DNA of 62,908 nt from an uncultured bacterium (GCA_903854215.1 CAINVT010000035.1:1-62908); one strand, 5' to 3'; positions 1-12,808 are shown, counted from the first letter of the stretch. Notes: generated by a model from the letters alone, not told the origin. Numbers and translations are program-made.

Positions 1-165
1 CCGATCGTATTTTTCCTCTTCGCAGGAGTTGCCGCTGACCGCGATCTCGGGACGCATCACCTGCTGTTGGTCTTCGGGGTAGCCACGGGTGTCGTTTTCG
101 GTGTAGTGTCGACGTATTTTTTGTTACGACCGTTCTTGAAAGATAAAGAAATAGAGCGTACATGA
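1..165 (+). CDS. AtpZ/AtpI-family membrane protein (5' truncated by window edge)
   Basis: Frame 1 open from base 1: PIVFFLFAGVAADRDLGTHHLLLVFGVATGVVFG...; TGA overlaps the atpB ATG (ATGA); first position in atp operon. Confidence 0.7.
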   Translation, partial: PIVFFLFAGVAADRDLGTHHLLLVFGVATGVVFGVVSTYFLLRPFLKDKEIERT

Positions 166-899
166 TTCATATAGGATTACAGTCTGAATACGTAGCGTCG
201 CTCAATGGTTTTTTGATAACCAACACATTTTTGACGTCGCTCGTCGTTACCCTTCTACTTTTATTCGTCGGGATGATTTATTATCTGGAGCGTGATAATC
301 ATCAGACGTTTATCATCAAGGCGATACGAGCCGCGACATTCCAGCTGTTACAATTCATCGATATGGTCACCGAAGATCGAACGTTATCGAAACAGGTCTT
401 CCCGCTCGTCGCAACCTTTTTTATCTTTATCGTGACGGCGAATGTACTCGGACTCTTGCCGGGATTTTTGGGCGCTTTTTTCGTTCAGACGGCGAATGGG
501 GCAATTCCGATCTTCAAGTCGCCCAACAGTGACCTCTCGACAACGATCGCACTGGCGCTCATTTCTGTCGTTGCTATCCAGTATTTCTCGGTGCGGATAC
601 TCGGTGTGAAGACGTATATCGCGCGATTCGTGAATTTCAGCAGCCCCATCGCGTTCGTTCTCGGTTTTTTCGATATTATTTCCGAAAGCGCCAAGATCAT
701 TTCGTTCTCATTTCGTCTCTTCGGAAATGTTTTCGCTGGCGAGGTTCTGCTGCTCGTCATCGCATTCCTTGTGCCGTATGCGCTCCCGCTGCCCTTTATG
801 ATTCTCGAAGTATTCGTCGGGGTCATACAGGCGTTCATCTTTGCCGCTCTTACATTGACCTTCATTCAGTCTGGTACACTGCGTGTGGGGAGGTCGTAG
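162..899 (+). CDS. atpB: F0F1 ATP synthase subunit a
   Basis: Hydrophobic; SFSFRLFGNVFAGE (essential Arg) and IQAFIFAALT motifs. Confidence 0.97.
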   Translation: MIHIGLQSEYVASLNGFLITNTFLTSLVVTLLLLFVGMIYYLERDNHQTFIIKAIRAATFQLLQFIDMVTEDRTLSKQVFPLVATFFIFIVTANVLGLLPGFLGAFFVQTANGAIPIFKSPNSDLSTTIALALISVVAIQYFSVRILGVKTYIARFVNFSSPIAFVLGFFDIISESAKIISFSFRLFGNVFAGEVLLLVIAFLVPYALPLPFMILEVFVGVIQAFIFAALTLTFIQSGTLRVGRS

Positions 900-932
900 T
901 GAGTATTATTAGTAATTAAACAGCAGTGATAT

Positions 933-1148
933 ATGCCTCAAGATTCATCAGCATTCGTCATGGCGATCGGTACGATCGGACCGGCACTCGCCGTCGGTAT
1001 GATCGGTGCAGCGGCATTGATTGGTATGGCGCGTAATCCGGACAATTCCAATAAGATCCAGATCGCCATGATCATCGCGATCGCGTTTGCGGAAGCTATT
1101 GCGATCTATGCACTAGTCTTCGCGCTCATCCTCAAGTTCGTCCCATAA
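933..1148 (+). CDS. atpE: F0F1 ATP synthase subunit c
   Basis: Two TM helices, ARNP loop, FAEAIAIYAL with ion-binding Glu. Confidence 0.97.
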   Translation: MPQDSSAFVMAIGTIGPALAVGMIGAAALIGMARNPDNSNKIQIAMIIAIAFAEAIAIYALVFALILKFVP

Positions 1149-1169
1149 TCGTGACATTTGAACATCACC

Positions 1170-1976
1170 ATGCAATTTTTGGGAAGTCTCGGGATAAACA
1201 TCAATGTGCTCATCGCACAGATTGTTAATTTCGGTCTCTTGATGCTGGTGCTTTCGTACTTCGTATATAAGCCGACGATCAAAGTGATCGAAGAGAACGA
1301 ACGGAGCCTGCAAGAAGGTGATAAACAAAAAAAGTTGCTGGAAAAAGAAAAGGAATCGTTCGCCGAAGAACAGAAAAAGACCCTCGTTGAATCTCGAGAA
1401 CGCAATAGAAAGTCCGTGAAGGAGCTCGCCGTGATGACTGAAACAATCAAGAGTCGTGCGCACGAAGCGACAAAAGAAGAGTCGGCTGCGCTCATTGAGC
1501 AGACCAAGAGTATTCTCGAATCGCAAAAGCCGCAGATCGTGAACGAGATCACCAAAGAGCTCAATACAAAATTCACCGAAGATTTTCACGAGTCATTCGA
1601 TCGGCTCGTGTCGCCGCCGTATCAAGCTGAATTTCAGAGTGTACTATTCAAGATATTCATCGACCGACTCGATGCGACTGACCTTGATAGGATAAAGGAT
1701 ACAGATGCCGATGAATTGCGCGCATTACGCGAGACGAACCTCGATGAATACGAGAAGCGGTTGCGCCGCCTGATCGGTACGGTTCTGCTTGAATATACCG
1801 CCGGTGTGACGCCGCATGAGCTCGAGGAAGTGGAGCGAATCGTTTCTGAAAAGATAGGAGTGGACACGCGTATCGATGTGCGACGAAATGCACGTCTCAT
1901 CAATGGTTTCCGTCTCGAAGTCGAAGGTCGAATAATCGAAAGTAATCTGGCGAGTATCGTCACTGATCATGTCTAA
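1170..1976 (+). CDS. atpF: ATP synthase subunit b fused to delta C-terminal-like domain
   Basis: N-term AQIVNFGLLMLVLSYFVYKP, coiled coil, C-term LINGFRLEVEGRIIESNL resembling delta; no separate atpH. Confidence 0.88.
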   Translation: MQFLGSLGININVLIAQIVNFGLLMLVLSYFVYKPTIKVIEENERSLQEGDKQKKLLEKEKESFAEEQKKTLVESRERNRKSVKELAVMTETIKSRAHEATKEESAALIEQTKSILESQKPQIVNEITKELNTKFTEDFHESFDRLVSPPYQAEFQSVLFKIFIDRLDATDLDRIKDTDADELRALRETNLDEYEKRLRRLIGTVLLEYTAGVTPHELEEVERIVSEKIGVDTRIDVRRNARLINGFRLEVEGRIIESNLASIVTDHV

Positions 1977-3423
1977 GACGCAAAACAACACTGCATCTGA
2001 AGTCGGGCGCATCGTCTCGTTTTTTTCTGGCGTGGCAAAGATCCAAGGTTTGCCGCATGTATTCTTGCATGAAGTGTTGATCACCGATGATGGTGTGTCG
2101 GCGGCGCTCGTCATCGGTTTTGATGAGCGCTTCGTCGAAGCGGTATTTTTCGACGAGAATTTTGATACGGAGCGGTCGCTGTACCGCAGTTTTGAAAGCT
2201 TCCAAGTACCGCTCTCGCGCGCATATATCGGCAGAGTGGTCGACGGTTTCGGACATCCGCTCGATGAACTCGGTGAGATCAGCGGCGACGAATCACCGGT
2301 ATTTCGCGAAGCGATTCCGATCATTGATCGACAGCCGGTCACGGTGCCGCTTACGACAGGGATCAAGATCATCGATGCCTGTCTTCCCTTGGGTCGCGGC
2401 CAGCGCGAGCTCATCATCGGTGATCGAAAGCTCGGCAAAAGTTCCATCGCGATCGACACCGTGTTGAATCAGAACGGTGCCAACCCACCAATCTATTGTA
2501 TCTATGTCATCTGCGGTCAAAAGGAAGCGGATGTGCGTGAACTCGTTTCGACATTCGAAAAACAGAATGCGTTCTTGTACTCGACCATCATTGCGGCGAC
2601 TGCCGGTAGCTCGCTTGCGCAACAGTATGTCGCACCGTTCGTCGGGTGCGCGATCGCAGAATATTTTCGCGACAACGGCATGGACGCGTTGATCATCTAT
2701 GACGATCTTTCGAAGCATGCCAAAGCATATCGCAGTATCTCGCTCTTGCTCGAACGAGCACCCGGCCGTGAAGCATATCCGGGTGATATTTTTTCTCTCC
2801 ATGCAGGACTTTTGGAACGGGCGGCAAAATTGTCAGATGCGAAGGGAGGTGGGTCACTCACTGCGTTACCGATCGTTGAAACGCAGGAAGACGACATCAC
2901 GTCGTTCGTTCCTACGAATCTCATATCGATCACTGACGGGCAGATATATCTCGAACGCGGTCTTTTTCAAAAGGGGTCCTTACCGGCGGTGAACATCGGC
3001 CTCTCAGTCTCTCGTATCGGTTCCCAGGCGCAGCCCAAAGCACTCTCCGGTGTGGTCGGTGGTATTCGATTGACGCTTTCCGAACACCAAGAGCTGGAGC
3101 GGCTTTCGCAGCTTGAGAATAATTTGAGTCAGAAAGCGCAGCGGGGGATCATTCGTGGAACCATTCTGACGGAATTTCTAAAGCAGGGACAACATGTCAA
3201 TGTCCGATGGCCGGAGCAGACAGTTCTTTTCTATGCGATCAACGAAGGACTTCTCGATGATCTTGACCAAACGACATTGATGGAGACCAGCAGCGTGCTC
3301 GTCGAAGTGCTCGGAAGTCGTCACGAGGATCTCCTGGAGCGGATCAAAAGCGGGGTATTTGACGACACGGTGAAAGCAGATATCGCCGCCATCATCCAGG
3401 ATTTCAAACAGCAGTTCGTATAA
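1969..3423 (+). CDS. atpA: F1 ATP synthase subunit alpha
   Basis: GRGQRELIIGDRKLGKS, YDDLSKHA, PGREAYPGD, ISITDGQI. Confidence 0.98.
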   Translation: MSKTQNNTASEVGRIVSFFSGVAKIQGLPHVFLHEVLITDDGVSAALVIGFDERFVEAVFFDENFDTERSLYRSFESFQVPLSRAYIGRVVDGFGHPLDELGEISGDESPVFREAIPIIDRQPVTVPLTTGIKIIDACLPLGRGQRELIIGDRKLGKSSIAIDTVLNQNGANPPIYCIYVICGQKEADVRELVSTFEKQNAFLYSTIIAATAGSSLAQQYVAPFVGCAIAEYFRDNGMDALIIYDDLSKHAKAYRSISLLLERAPGREAYPGDIFSLHAGLLERAAKLSDAKGGGSLTALPIVETQEDDITSFVPTNLISITDGQIYLERGLFQKGSLPAVNIGLSVSRIGSQAQPKALSGVVGGIRLTLSEHQELERLSQLENNLSQKAQRGIIRGTILTEFLKQGQHVNVRWPEQTVLFYAINEGLLDDLDQTTLMETSSVLVEVLGSRHEDLLERIKSGVFDDTVKADIAAIIQDFKQQFV

Positions 3424-3436
3424 GGAGAAAAGATAT

Positions 3437-5885
<2,449 letters not shown>

Positions 5886-5904
5886 CAACCGCACACGATC
5901 TAAC

Positions 5905-6609
5905 TTAATGCCCGAAGAAAGCTTCTGTATAAAGACGATCTTCGGCGATCCCGGCAGCCTTGAGACCGCGCCAGAAATCACGCACGAATTCGATTGATCC
6001 GCACATGAAGTATTCGGGATCGGCAGCATCACCGACCTCGCGTATGATCGCTTCTGCCGACATTCGGCCGCGCGTGATACCTGCAGGAAGCAGATCTTCA
6101 CGAGTAATAAAATGATGCACCGTAAAATTCGGATGCGTTGCGGCGAGCGCGTCGAGTTCATCGCGGAAAACGACATCGGCGATGGTTCGATTCGTGTAGA
6201 AAAGCATCAGTCGTCGTGTTGGTTCATTACGTAATGCGTCGAGTATGATGCTGCGGAACGGTGCGATACCGATGCCGGCAGCAAGCATGATGAGCGTGCT
6301 CGACTTCGATTCACTATAGAAATAGCCGCTCGGGTCCGATGCATGGAGTGTATCTCCGACGTGCATGGCACACAGGTGGCGCGAAAATTCTCCTCGTGCG
6401 CTCACCGTGATGCGAAGGGGTTCGTGCGGAGCACTGGCGATGCTATATGCTTTGCCTTCCGGCGTGGCAAGCTCCGGTAAGTAGATCGTGAGGAATTGGC
6501 CGGGCACATATGAAAGTGTTTGTTCTGACGACAACTCGAGCGTTACCGCACTGTCCGTTTCGGCGGTCGTTTTGGTCACGGTATAACGTTTCTTATTATT
6601 TGTTTGCAT
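5905..6609 (-). CDS. FAD/NAD(P)-binding oxidoreductase (ferredoxin-NADP reductase family)
   Basis: YVPGQF, KAYSIAS, GEFS, AAGIGIAPF, FMCGS, LYTEAF; start set at MQTNNK. Confidence 0.88.
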   Translation of the reverse strand: MQTNNKKRYTVTKTTAETDSAVTLELSSEQTLSYVPGQFLTIYLPELATPEGKAYSIASAPHEPLRITVSARGEFSRHLCAMHVGDTLHASDPSGYFYSESKSSTLIMLAAGIGIAPFRSIILDALRNEPTRRLMLFYTNRTIADVVFRDELDALAATHPNFTVHHFITREDLLPAGITRGRMSAEAIIREVGDAADPEYFMCGSIEFVRDFWRGLKAAGIAEDRLYTEAFFGH

Positions 6610-7030
6610 GAGTTTCGTAGTCTTGCACCGCTTCGCGAAGCGCAAGATGCCCGAGGACGGAACAATGATACTTCCGGTCTGGCAGTCCACCGAGGCGTTC
6701 GATGATCGCTTCGGGCGTTATCTTTTTTGCCCGCGTGAGCGTCATGCCGCCGTTTTCTGTCGCCATGACGGAAAGCATCGATGTCGATGCGATAGCGGAA
6801 GCACAACCAAACGTGCGCCATTTGCACTCTGAAATACAGTTATTTTTTTTATCGATCCGTATCCATAACGCCATCATATCGCCGCAGGCAGGACTACCGA
6901 CGACGCCGATGCCATCCGCCACGTAGTCTTTCTCATCGAGCAGGATGTTGCGTGGATTGAAAAAGTGATCCTTGACGGTATCACTGTAGACCCAATCATC
7001 CACATCGCAGGTTCGTGCATCGTTGTTCAT
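6596..7030 (-). CDS. iscU: Fe-S cluster scaffold IscU/NifU N-terminal domain
   Basis: YSDTVKDHFFNPRN, GSPACGD, TFGCASAIAS, KYHCSVL. Confidence 0.93.
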   Translation of the reverse strand: MNNDARTCDVDDWVYSDTVKDHFFNPRNILLDEKDYVADGIGVVGSPACGDMMALWIRIDKKNNCISECKWRTFGCASAIASTSMLSVMATENGGMTLTRAKKITPEAIIERLGGLPDRKYHCSVLGHLALREAVQDYETHANK

Positions 7031-8247
7031 ACAGTTGCAATAGTTGGCATGACAGCGGTCAATGCAGAAAGGGAATTGAGTCGTGCGACAATACTGGGCA
7101 GTATCGTCATTACATGATCAAGATCCTCGCGTGTCGTTGCTCGCCCGAATGAGAAGCGAATGCTTCCATGCGCGAGCGCCTCATCGGTGCCAAGTGCCAG
7201 CAGTACGTGTGAGGGTCGTAGGTCGTGAGCCGAGCATGCAGAACCGGTTGATACCTCGATGCCTTCACGGTCAAGCATTAAGAGAATCGACTCTCCCTCA
7301 ATATGCGGGAAAGAAAAATGTGCATTATTCGGGAGTCGTATCAGTGGATCGCCATTGAGCGTTGCCTCGGGGATCAATCGATGCATTTCTCTGATGAAAT
7401 GATCGCGCAAATCGGCGAGTCGCGCGGATTCTTCCTCGCGCATATCATGTGATCGCCGTAAAGCCGCCGCACAGCCGACGATCAAAGGAACGCTCTCGGT
7501 ACCGGCACGCAAGCCGCGTTCCTGATCGCCGCCGACGATGAGCGGTGCGATCTGAATGCTGCTTCTTTTATAGAGAATACCGACCCCTTTCGGTCCGTAA
7601 ATCTTGGAACCATTCAGAGTCATGAGATCGACGCCGAGTTTGTGTACATCAAGTGACAGGAATCCGGCGGCTTGGCATGCATCGGTGTGCAATAGAGGAA
7701 ATCGCTTCTGAGCATGACTTCTTTTGAGAATTGCAGCAATTTCAGCGATCGGTTGGATAGTACCGATCTCGTTGTTCGCGTACATGACCGAAACAAGGAT
7801 CGTATCGTCGCGCAGCAGTCGCTCAAACGCGTCAAGATCGATGATGCCGTTTTTTGCTACGGGCGCATAACTTACCTCAAATCCTTCGCGTTCGAGTTGC
7901 CGTGCCGATTCCATGACAGCCTTGTGTTCGATGGAAGAGATAACGACGTGGCGACCATGTGCAGTATTGGCGCGTGCGACACCGAGGATCGCGAGGTTGT
8001 CCGATTCGGTACCGGAACCGGTAAAAAAGATTTCTTCCGGCGAACAGCCCAGTACCTGTGCCACTGTCGTTCGTGCCATATTGATCGCATGTGCCGATCG
8101 TCGACCGCTTGCATACATCGACGATGCATTACCATAACGATCTCCAAAATACGGTAGCATTTCCGCAAGCACCATCGGATCGGTGGGCGTCGCAGCCGCG
8201 TAGTCGAGATAGACACGCTTTTTATCTGATGAGACATTGGTCGACAT
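7027..8247 (-). CDS. iscS: Cysteine desulfurase IscS/NifS
   Basis: VYLDYAAATP, HTDACQ, KIYGPKG, STGSAC. Confidence 0.95.
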   Translation of the reverse strand: MSTNVSSDKKRVYLDYAAATPTDPMVLAEMLPYFGDRYGNASSMYASGRRSAHAINMARTTVAQVLGCSPEEIFFTGSGTESDNLAILGVARANTAHGRHVVISSIEHKAVMESARQLEREGFEVSYAPVAKNGIIDLDAFERLLRDDTILVSVMYANNEIGTIQPIAEIAAILKRSHAQKRFPLLHTDACQAAGFLSLDVHKLGVDLMTLNGSKIYGPKGVGILYKRSSIQIAPLIVGGDQERGLRAGTESVPLIVGCAAALRRSHDMREEESARLADLRDHFIREMHRLIPEATLNGDPLIRLPNNAHFSFPHIEGESILLMLDREGIEVSTGSACSAHDLRPSHVLLALGTDEALAHGSIRFSFGRATTREDLDHVMTILPSIVARLNSLSALTAVMPTIATV

Positions 8248-8908
8248 ACGTGGTGAGTATTTTTTGGAATTGTTTGAATTCTTCGTCGCTATAGGTCACT
8301 TTATTCCTGAACTGTGGGTTCAGTATCTTCGTCGGAACGAATTTTTGCAAGACGTATGTTTTGGCACCTCGGATCTCACGACCGATCTGCTCGAGGTCTT
8401 CGGGGGAAAGCATGCTCTTGATGATCGTTGTCCTGAACTCGTAATCGATACCCGATGTCATGAGGATATCGATGCTCTCGCGAATCGCTTCGGTATCGAC
8501 CGGTCGTGCGACTGTCGCTCCATATGTTGCGAGCGGAGATTTGATATCCATCGCTACGAAATCGACAATGCCGTCACGGATTGCATCGCGCAAGATCGCC
8601 GGATGTGTGCCGTTCGAATCAAGTTTGACCAAGAATCCGCGTGTCTTGATCTCGCGCATGACCTGCGGCAGATCGGCGTGAATGGTCGGTTCACCTCCGG
8701 TGATGACAACCCCGTCGAGCATACCTTTGCGCGCGTCGAGGAAATCGTAGAACTCACGTTCCGAAATATGCACATCGGTCGTCTCATCAACGAGCTCGGG
8801 ATTATGACAGTACGGACATCGGAAATTACATCCGATGGTGTACACCATACAGGCTATTTTTCCCGGGTAGTCGATGAGCGTAAATTTCTCAAGCCCGCCG
8901 AACACCAT
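8222..8908 (-). CDS. nrdG: Anaerobic ribonucleotide reductase activating radical SAM enzyme
   Basis: CNFRCPYCHNP, ITGGEPT; adjacent to nrdD. Confidence 0.95.
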   Translation of the reverse strand: MVFGGLEKFTLIDYPGKIACMVYTIGCNFRCPYCHNPELVDETTDVHISEREFYDFLDARKGMLDGVVITGGEPTIHADLPQVMREIKTRGFLVKLDSNGTHPAILRDAIRDGIVDFVAMDIKSPLATYGATVARPVDTEAIRESIDILMTSGIDYEFRTTIIKSMLSPEDLEQIGREIRGAKTYVLQKFVPTKILNPQFRNKVTYSDEEFKQFQKILTTYVDQCLIR

Positions 8909-8911
8909 ACG

Positions 8912-11122
8912 CTAGGTGACGACCGTATTTATTTGTTGCTGCTGTGCAGGGAGGCTGGCGTGGACACTTTGCGGATCGTAGGTCTCTCGAACCTTGAATT
9001 CTGCTTGTTTGGCGGTATTCCACTGGCTCAAGGGGCGCAAATACCCGACGATGCGCGAGTAGATCTCACATTCGCGATTACATTCGGGGCAATGGACGTG
9101 CTCGCCGGCAATGTAGCCGTGTGAACCACAAATACTGAACGTCGGTGTAATGGTGAAGTACGGGAGGCGGTAATTCTCACAAATCTTACGAATGAGTGCG
9201 GGAATCGCACGCGGGTCAGCAATGCGCTCGCCGAGGAACAGGTGGATCACGGTGCCGCCGGTGTACTTCGTCTGAAGGTTGTCCTGAATATTGAGCGCTT
9301 CGACGATATCGTTAGTGTACTGCACCGGAAGATGTGAGGAATTGGTGTAGAAGGGCTGAGCGCCGCGGCGTGATTCCGCATCGTTCGCCACGATGATATC
9401 CGGGAACTGTTTGCGATCCTTGTTGGCAAATCGATAGGTAACGCCTTCGCCGGGAGTTGCCTCGAGGTTGTAGAGATTGCCCGTATCCTTTTGGTACTCC
9501 ACCAGACGATTGCGCATGAAGTCGAGTGTTTCTGATGCGAAGGCTTGCCCTTCGACACTGCCAATATCGACACCGAGCAAGTTTACGATCGCTTCGTTCA
9601 GACCCAAAAGGCCGATGGTCGAGAAGTGATTTTCCCAATACGCACCATAGGATTCCTTGATCTTACGCAGGTAGAATTTGGTATACGGATAGAGATTCGC
9701 ATCCGTGAATTTTTCCAGCATCTTTCGTTTGATCTCAAGACTCTCGCGCGCGATATCCATCTTTTCAGCAAGTGCGGAGAAGAAATTCTCTTTTGCCTTT
9801 TTTACGTTTGTCTTACTGTTCTGCTTCGCGATATAGCCGAGACGCGGCATGTTGATCGTGACCACACCGACAGATCCAGTCAGTGCATTGGCACCGAAGA
9901 GTCCGCCGCCGCGGCGATCGAGCGCGTTCAAATCGAGACGCAGACGGCAGCACATCGAGCGTGTATCTTCCGGCTTCATGTCGGAATTCACGAAGTTGCT
10001 GAAGTACGGAATGCCATATTTCGCCGTAATCTCCCAGAGACCCGCAAGGTTCGGATTTTCCCAGTCAAAGTCTTTCGTCACATTGACGGTTGGAATAGGG
10101 AAGGTAAATACACGACCCGCAGCATCGCCTTCGCTCATCACCGCAAAAAATGCCGCATTGAGCACATCCATCTCCTTTTGGAATTCACCGTATGTTTCTT
10201 TTTGCGGTTTTCCGCCGATAATGACCTGCTTATCCTTGAAGTTGGGCGATGGTGTGAGATCGAGCGTGATGTTCGAGAACGGTGTCTGGAAACCGACTCG
10301 CGTCGGTACATTCATATTGAATACGAATTCCTGAACGCACTGTTTGACCTCTTCCGGGGTGAGCTTGTCGGCACGAATGAACGGAGCGAGTAGTGTGTCA
10401 AAATTCGAGAATGCGATCGCACCGGCTGCTTCGCCCTGCAGCGTGTACATGAAGTTGACCATCTGGCCAAGCGCGGTACGCAAATGTTTGGCCGGACCGG
10501 ATTCGATTTTGTCGGCAACGCCACGGAATCCTTCGGTGAGAAGATCCTCCAAATCCCAGCCGACGCAATAAACCGAGAGCGTACCGAGATCGTGGATATG
10601 CAGATCGCCGTGCTCGTAGGCGTCCTTGATATTCTGCGGATATACCTTGTTGAGCCAGTAGGTCTTGCTTACTTCGGAGAAAATGTAATTGTTCATCCCC
10701 TGGAGCGAGTACCCCATGTTGCTGTTCTCCTTGACCTGCCAGTCAAGCTCACCAAGGTAGCTATCGACGAGACCTAATGATGCGGCCGTGGCGAATGCTC
10801 GCATCTCAGCATGCTTTTCGCGATAGAGGATATAGGCTTTGGCTGTCGCAGGGAACTTTTTGAAGACCAACTGCTGTTCGACGATGTCTTGCACGCCTTC
10901 GACATTTGGCATAAAGGTCTTGTCAATCGCTATTTCGCGTTCGATCGCTTTGACCACTCCCTCGGTGACGATCAAAGGCGCTCCATCACGAAACTCACCG
11001 GCCGCCTTCATGGCTTTTTCTACTGCTCGCTCGACTTTTTTTATATCAAATGCGACGGTTGAACCATCACGTTTGACGATGCTTTTAATCCCCGGACCTT
11101 TCCGTTCATGTAATGATTTCAT
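8912..11122 (-). CDS. nrdD: Class III anaerobic ribonucleoside-triphosphate reductase with N-terminal ATP cone
   Basis: IVKRDG ATP cone, HIHDL, RSMCCRL, LEATPGE, C-terminal metal site and YSRIVGYL glycyl-radical motif. Confidence 0.97.
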   Translation of the reverse strand: MKSLHERKGPGIKSIVKRDGSTVAFDIKKVERAVEKAMKAAGEFRDGAPLIVTEGVVKAIEREIAIDKTFMPNVEGVQDIVEQQLVFKKFPATAKAYILYREKHAEMRAFATAASLGLVDSYLGELDWQVKENSNMGYSLQGMNNYIFSEVSKTYWLNKVYPQNIKDAYEHGDLHIHDLGTLSVYCVGWDLEDLLTEGFRGVADKIESGPAKHLRTALGQMVNFMYTLQGEAAGAIAFSNFDTLLAPFIRADKLTPEEVKQCVQEFVFNMNVPTRVGFQTPFSNITLDLTPSPNFKDKQVIIGGKPQKETYGEFQKEMDVLNAAFFAVMSEGDAAGRVFTFPIPTVNVTKDFDWENPNLAGLWEITAKYGIPYFSNFVNSDMKPEDTRSMCCRLRLDLNALDRRGGGLFGANALTGSVGVVTINMPRLGYIAKQNSKTNVKKAKENFFSALAEKMDIARESLEIKRKMLEKFTDANLYPYTKFYLRKIKESYGAYWENHFSTIGLLGLNEAIVNLLGVDIGSVEGQAFASETLDFMRNRLVEYQKDTGNLYNLEATPGEGVTYRFANKDRKQFPDIIVANDAESRRGAQPFYTNSSHLPVQYTNDIVEALNIQDNLQTKYTGGTVIHLFLGERIADPRAIPALIRKICENYRLPYFTITPTFSICGSHGYIAGEHVHCPECNRECEIYSRIVGYLRPLSQWNTAKQAEFKVRETYDPQSVHASLPAQQQQINTVVT

Positions 11123-11313
11123 GCGCCGCGACAAGCTAAATTGGTAAATGTCTAACTATCATACCTACTGATTCGTGCGCATGATTTGATCGACACTGGG
11201 GATAAGACAATGGCGTCAAAATAGGGCGCTACTGTTGAGTAAAATACCACATGAAAAAATCGATGTGGCATTTGCATAAAAGCTCATTTTGTATCGAAAC
11301 TCGAAATTCTTTA

Positions 11314-12234
11314 TTACAAGCTACTCGGATCAAGAAACGAGCCAACGTAATGGTTAATTTCGCGCGCTTTCGGCGATTTGTACCAGTGGATATCCGTATT
11401 GCGGCGCCAATAGCCGATTTGTTTGTGTGCATAACGATGTATCACATGGTAAAGCTCATCTTCCATCTCGCGGCGTGAGATCTTTTTTTGTAAGAGGCGC
11501 GCGAGCGAACGATATTCGAGACCGAGTTCGATCATCCGTTTGTACGAAAGACCGCCGGCATGCAGCCGCTTCGCTTCTGCGATCATGCCGTGCTTGAGGC
11601 GTTCGGTGAGCCGTTTCTGTATCTTGCGGTCAAGTGCCTTCATATCGGGTGCAATGCCGATCCATAAGCAATCATATCCACCATTTTCCGCGAGGTTCGA
11701 CCTCGAGGTTGAGCCTCGCGGAGAGCATTGGGCGATCTCAAGAGCGCGGATGAGGCGGACTTTGTTGTTGCGTTCGCTCGGTGTTGCCATTGCGTGTGCC
11801 CGTATGGGATCTTTCTCTTGGAGGCGATCATACAATTGTGCGACGCTCAGTTTGTCCAGTTTTGCCCGAAGTTTCGGATTAGGAGGGACATTGGGCAAGA
11901 AAATACGTCCGACGAGCGCATCAATATAAAAGCCCGTTCCTCCGGCGATGATCGGCAGTTTGCCACGTTGTATTATGTCGCCAATCGCTGATCGTGCGTG
12001 ATCAACGAAATCCTGCGCACTGAAGACCTTCTTCGCCGATGCAACATCCAAAAGATGATGGGGGACGCCCTGCATTTCGCGCCGGGTGACCTTGCCGGTG
12101 CCGATATTGAGCCCACGATACACTTGGCGCGAATCGGCGGAGATCACCTCACCGCCCCATTTTTTGGCAAGTTCGACCGCTAAGGCGCTTTTGCCGGAAG
12201 CGGTCGGTCCGACGAGAATGAGAACTTTATTCAT
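11314..12234 (-). CDS. miaA: tRNA dimethylallyltransferase
   Basis: GPTASGKS, ISADSRQVY, GGTGFYI, RALEI. Confidence 0.97.
   Translation of the reverse strand: MNKVLILVGPTASGKSALAVELAKKWGGEVISADSRQVYRGLNIGTGKVTRREMQGVPHHLLDVASAKKVFSAQDFVDHARSAIGDIIQRGKLPIIAGGTGFYIDALVGRIFLPNVPPNPKLRAKLDKLSVAQLYDRLQEKDPIRAHAMATPSERNNKVRLIRALEIAQCSPRGSTSRSNLAENGGYDCLWIGIAPDMKALDRKIQKRLTERLKHGMIAEAKRLHAGGLSYKRMIELGLEYRSLARLLQKKISRREMEDELYHVIHRYAHKQIGYWRRNTDIHWYKSPKAREINHYVGSFLDPSSL
11687..11722. repeat. Tandem palindromes CGAGGTTCGACCTCG / CGAGGTTGAGCCTCG inside miaA
   Basis: Read directly; encodes PRGSTSRSNL; outer TCCGCGAGG...CCTCGCGGA inverted repeat. Confidence 0.65.
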
Positions 12235-12808
12235 TTTCATGGTTATTTTTTTGCAGTGAGATGCTCTCGATCAGAGAGCGTGCATTGCGAGCCAGCCTGA
12301 CCGTATATTTCGTGTTACATCCTGCACTAGTTTCTGTAAATGTTGGCGAAAAACCTATGATGTTCAGCATGGCATAGACATCTTCTGCGAGAATCTTCGT
12401 GTTATTGCTGAAGTTGACCATCAAATATCCACGGTCTTCGTAGATGCTTCCGTCAGTTTGTAGTAGTCCACGGAGACATGATCGAGTGTAGGTCTTACTT
12501 TTTCGTATCCACAGTGGTACACGGGCGTTTTGGAAAAACTTCGAACCTTTTCCCACGTGCCACGGCATCCACTTTTCCAACGTATTTGAATAGACACTGA
12601 TATTGAAGTATGTCGGGGTTTTTGCTCGAACTACAGAGACAGCGTTCCTTGGAAGTACTTTTTTTAGTGCCGTTATGATTTCTTCGGCAAGCACAGGATA
12701 ACGAGCATCGCAGGTGACTCTCAGTCGAATAGCTCTACCGTTTGGATTCGAAAGGTTTCCATCGCCTAAAGCTACTCCCACGATATATGCCCATGTGTTC
12801 TTTGACAC
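12227..12808 (-). CDS. Free-standing LAGLIDADG homing-endonuclease-like protein
   Basis: Two LAGLIDADG-like helices: AYIVGVALGDGNL and LRGLLQTDGSI. Confidence 0.85.
   Translation of the reverse strand: MSKNTWAYIVGVALGDGNLSNPNGRAIRLRVTCDARYPVLAEEIITALKKVLPRNAVSVVRAKTPTYFNISVYSNTLEKWMPWHVGKGSKFFQNARVPLWIRKSKTYTRSCLRGLLQTDGSIYEDRGYLMVNFSNNTKILAEDVYAMLNIIGFSPTFTETSAGCNTKYTVRLARNARSLIESISLQKNNHENE

Noticed and set aside
933..1148. Na+-translocating N-ATPase
   Set aside because: The c subunit has E-A rather than E-S/T and no polar helix-1 ligand; gene order is canonical, not atpDCQRBEFAG
8237..10393. Long antisense ORFs (e.g. 8237-9124, 9545-10393; also 15362-16372, 26807-27709)
   Set aside because: Shadow frames of well-supported genes with no recognisable motifs
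11140..11260. NrdR boxes upstream of nrdD
   Set aside because: Only weak partial matches, no convincing tandem pair
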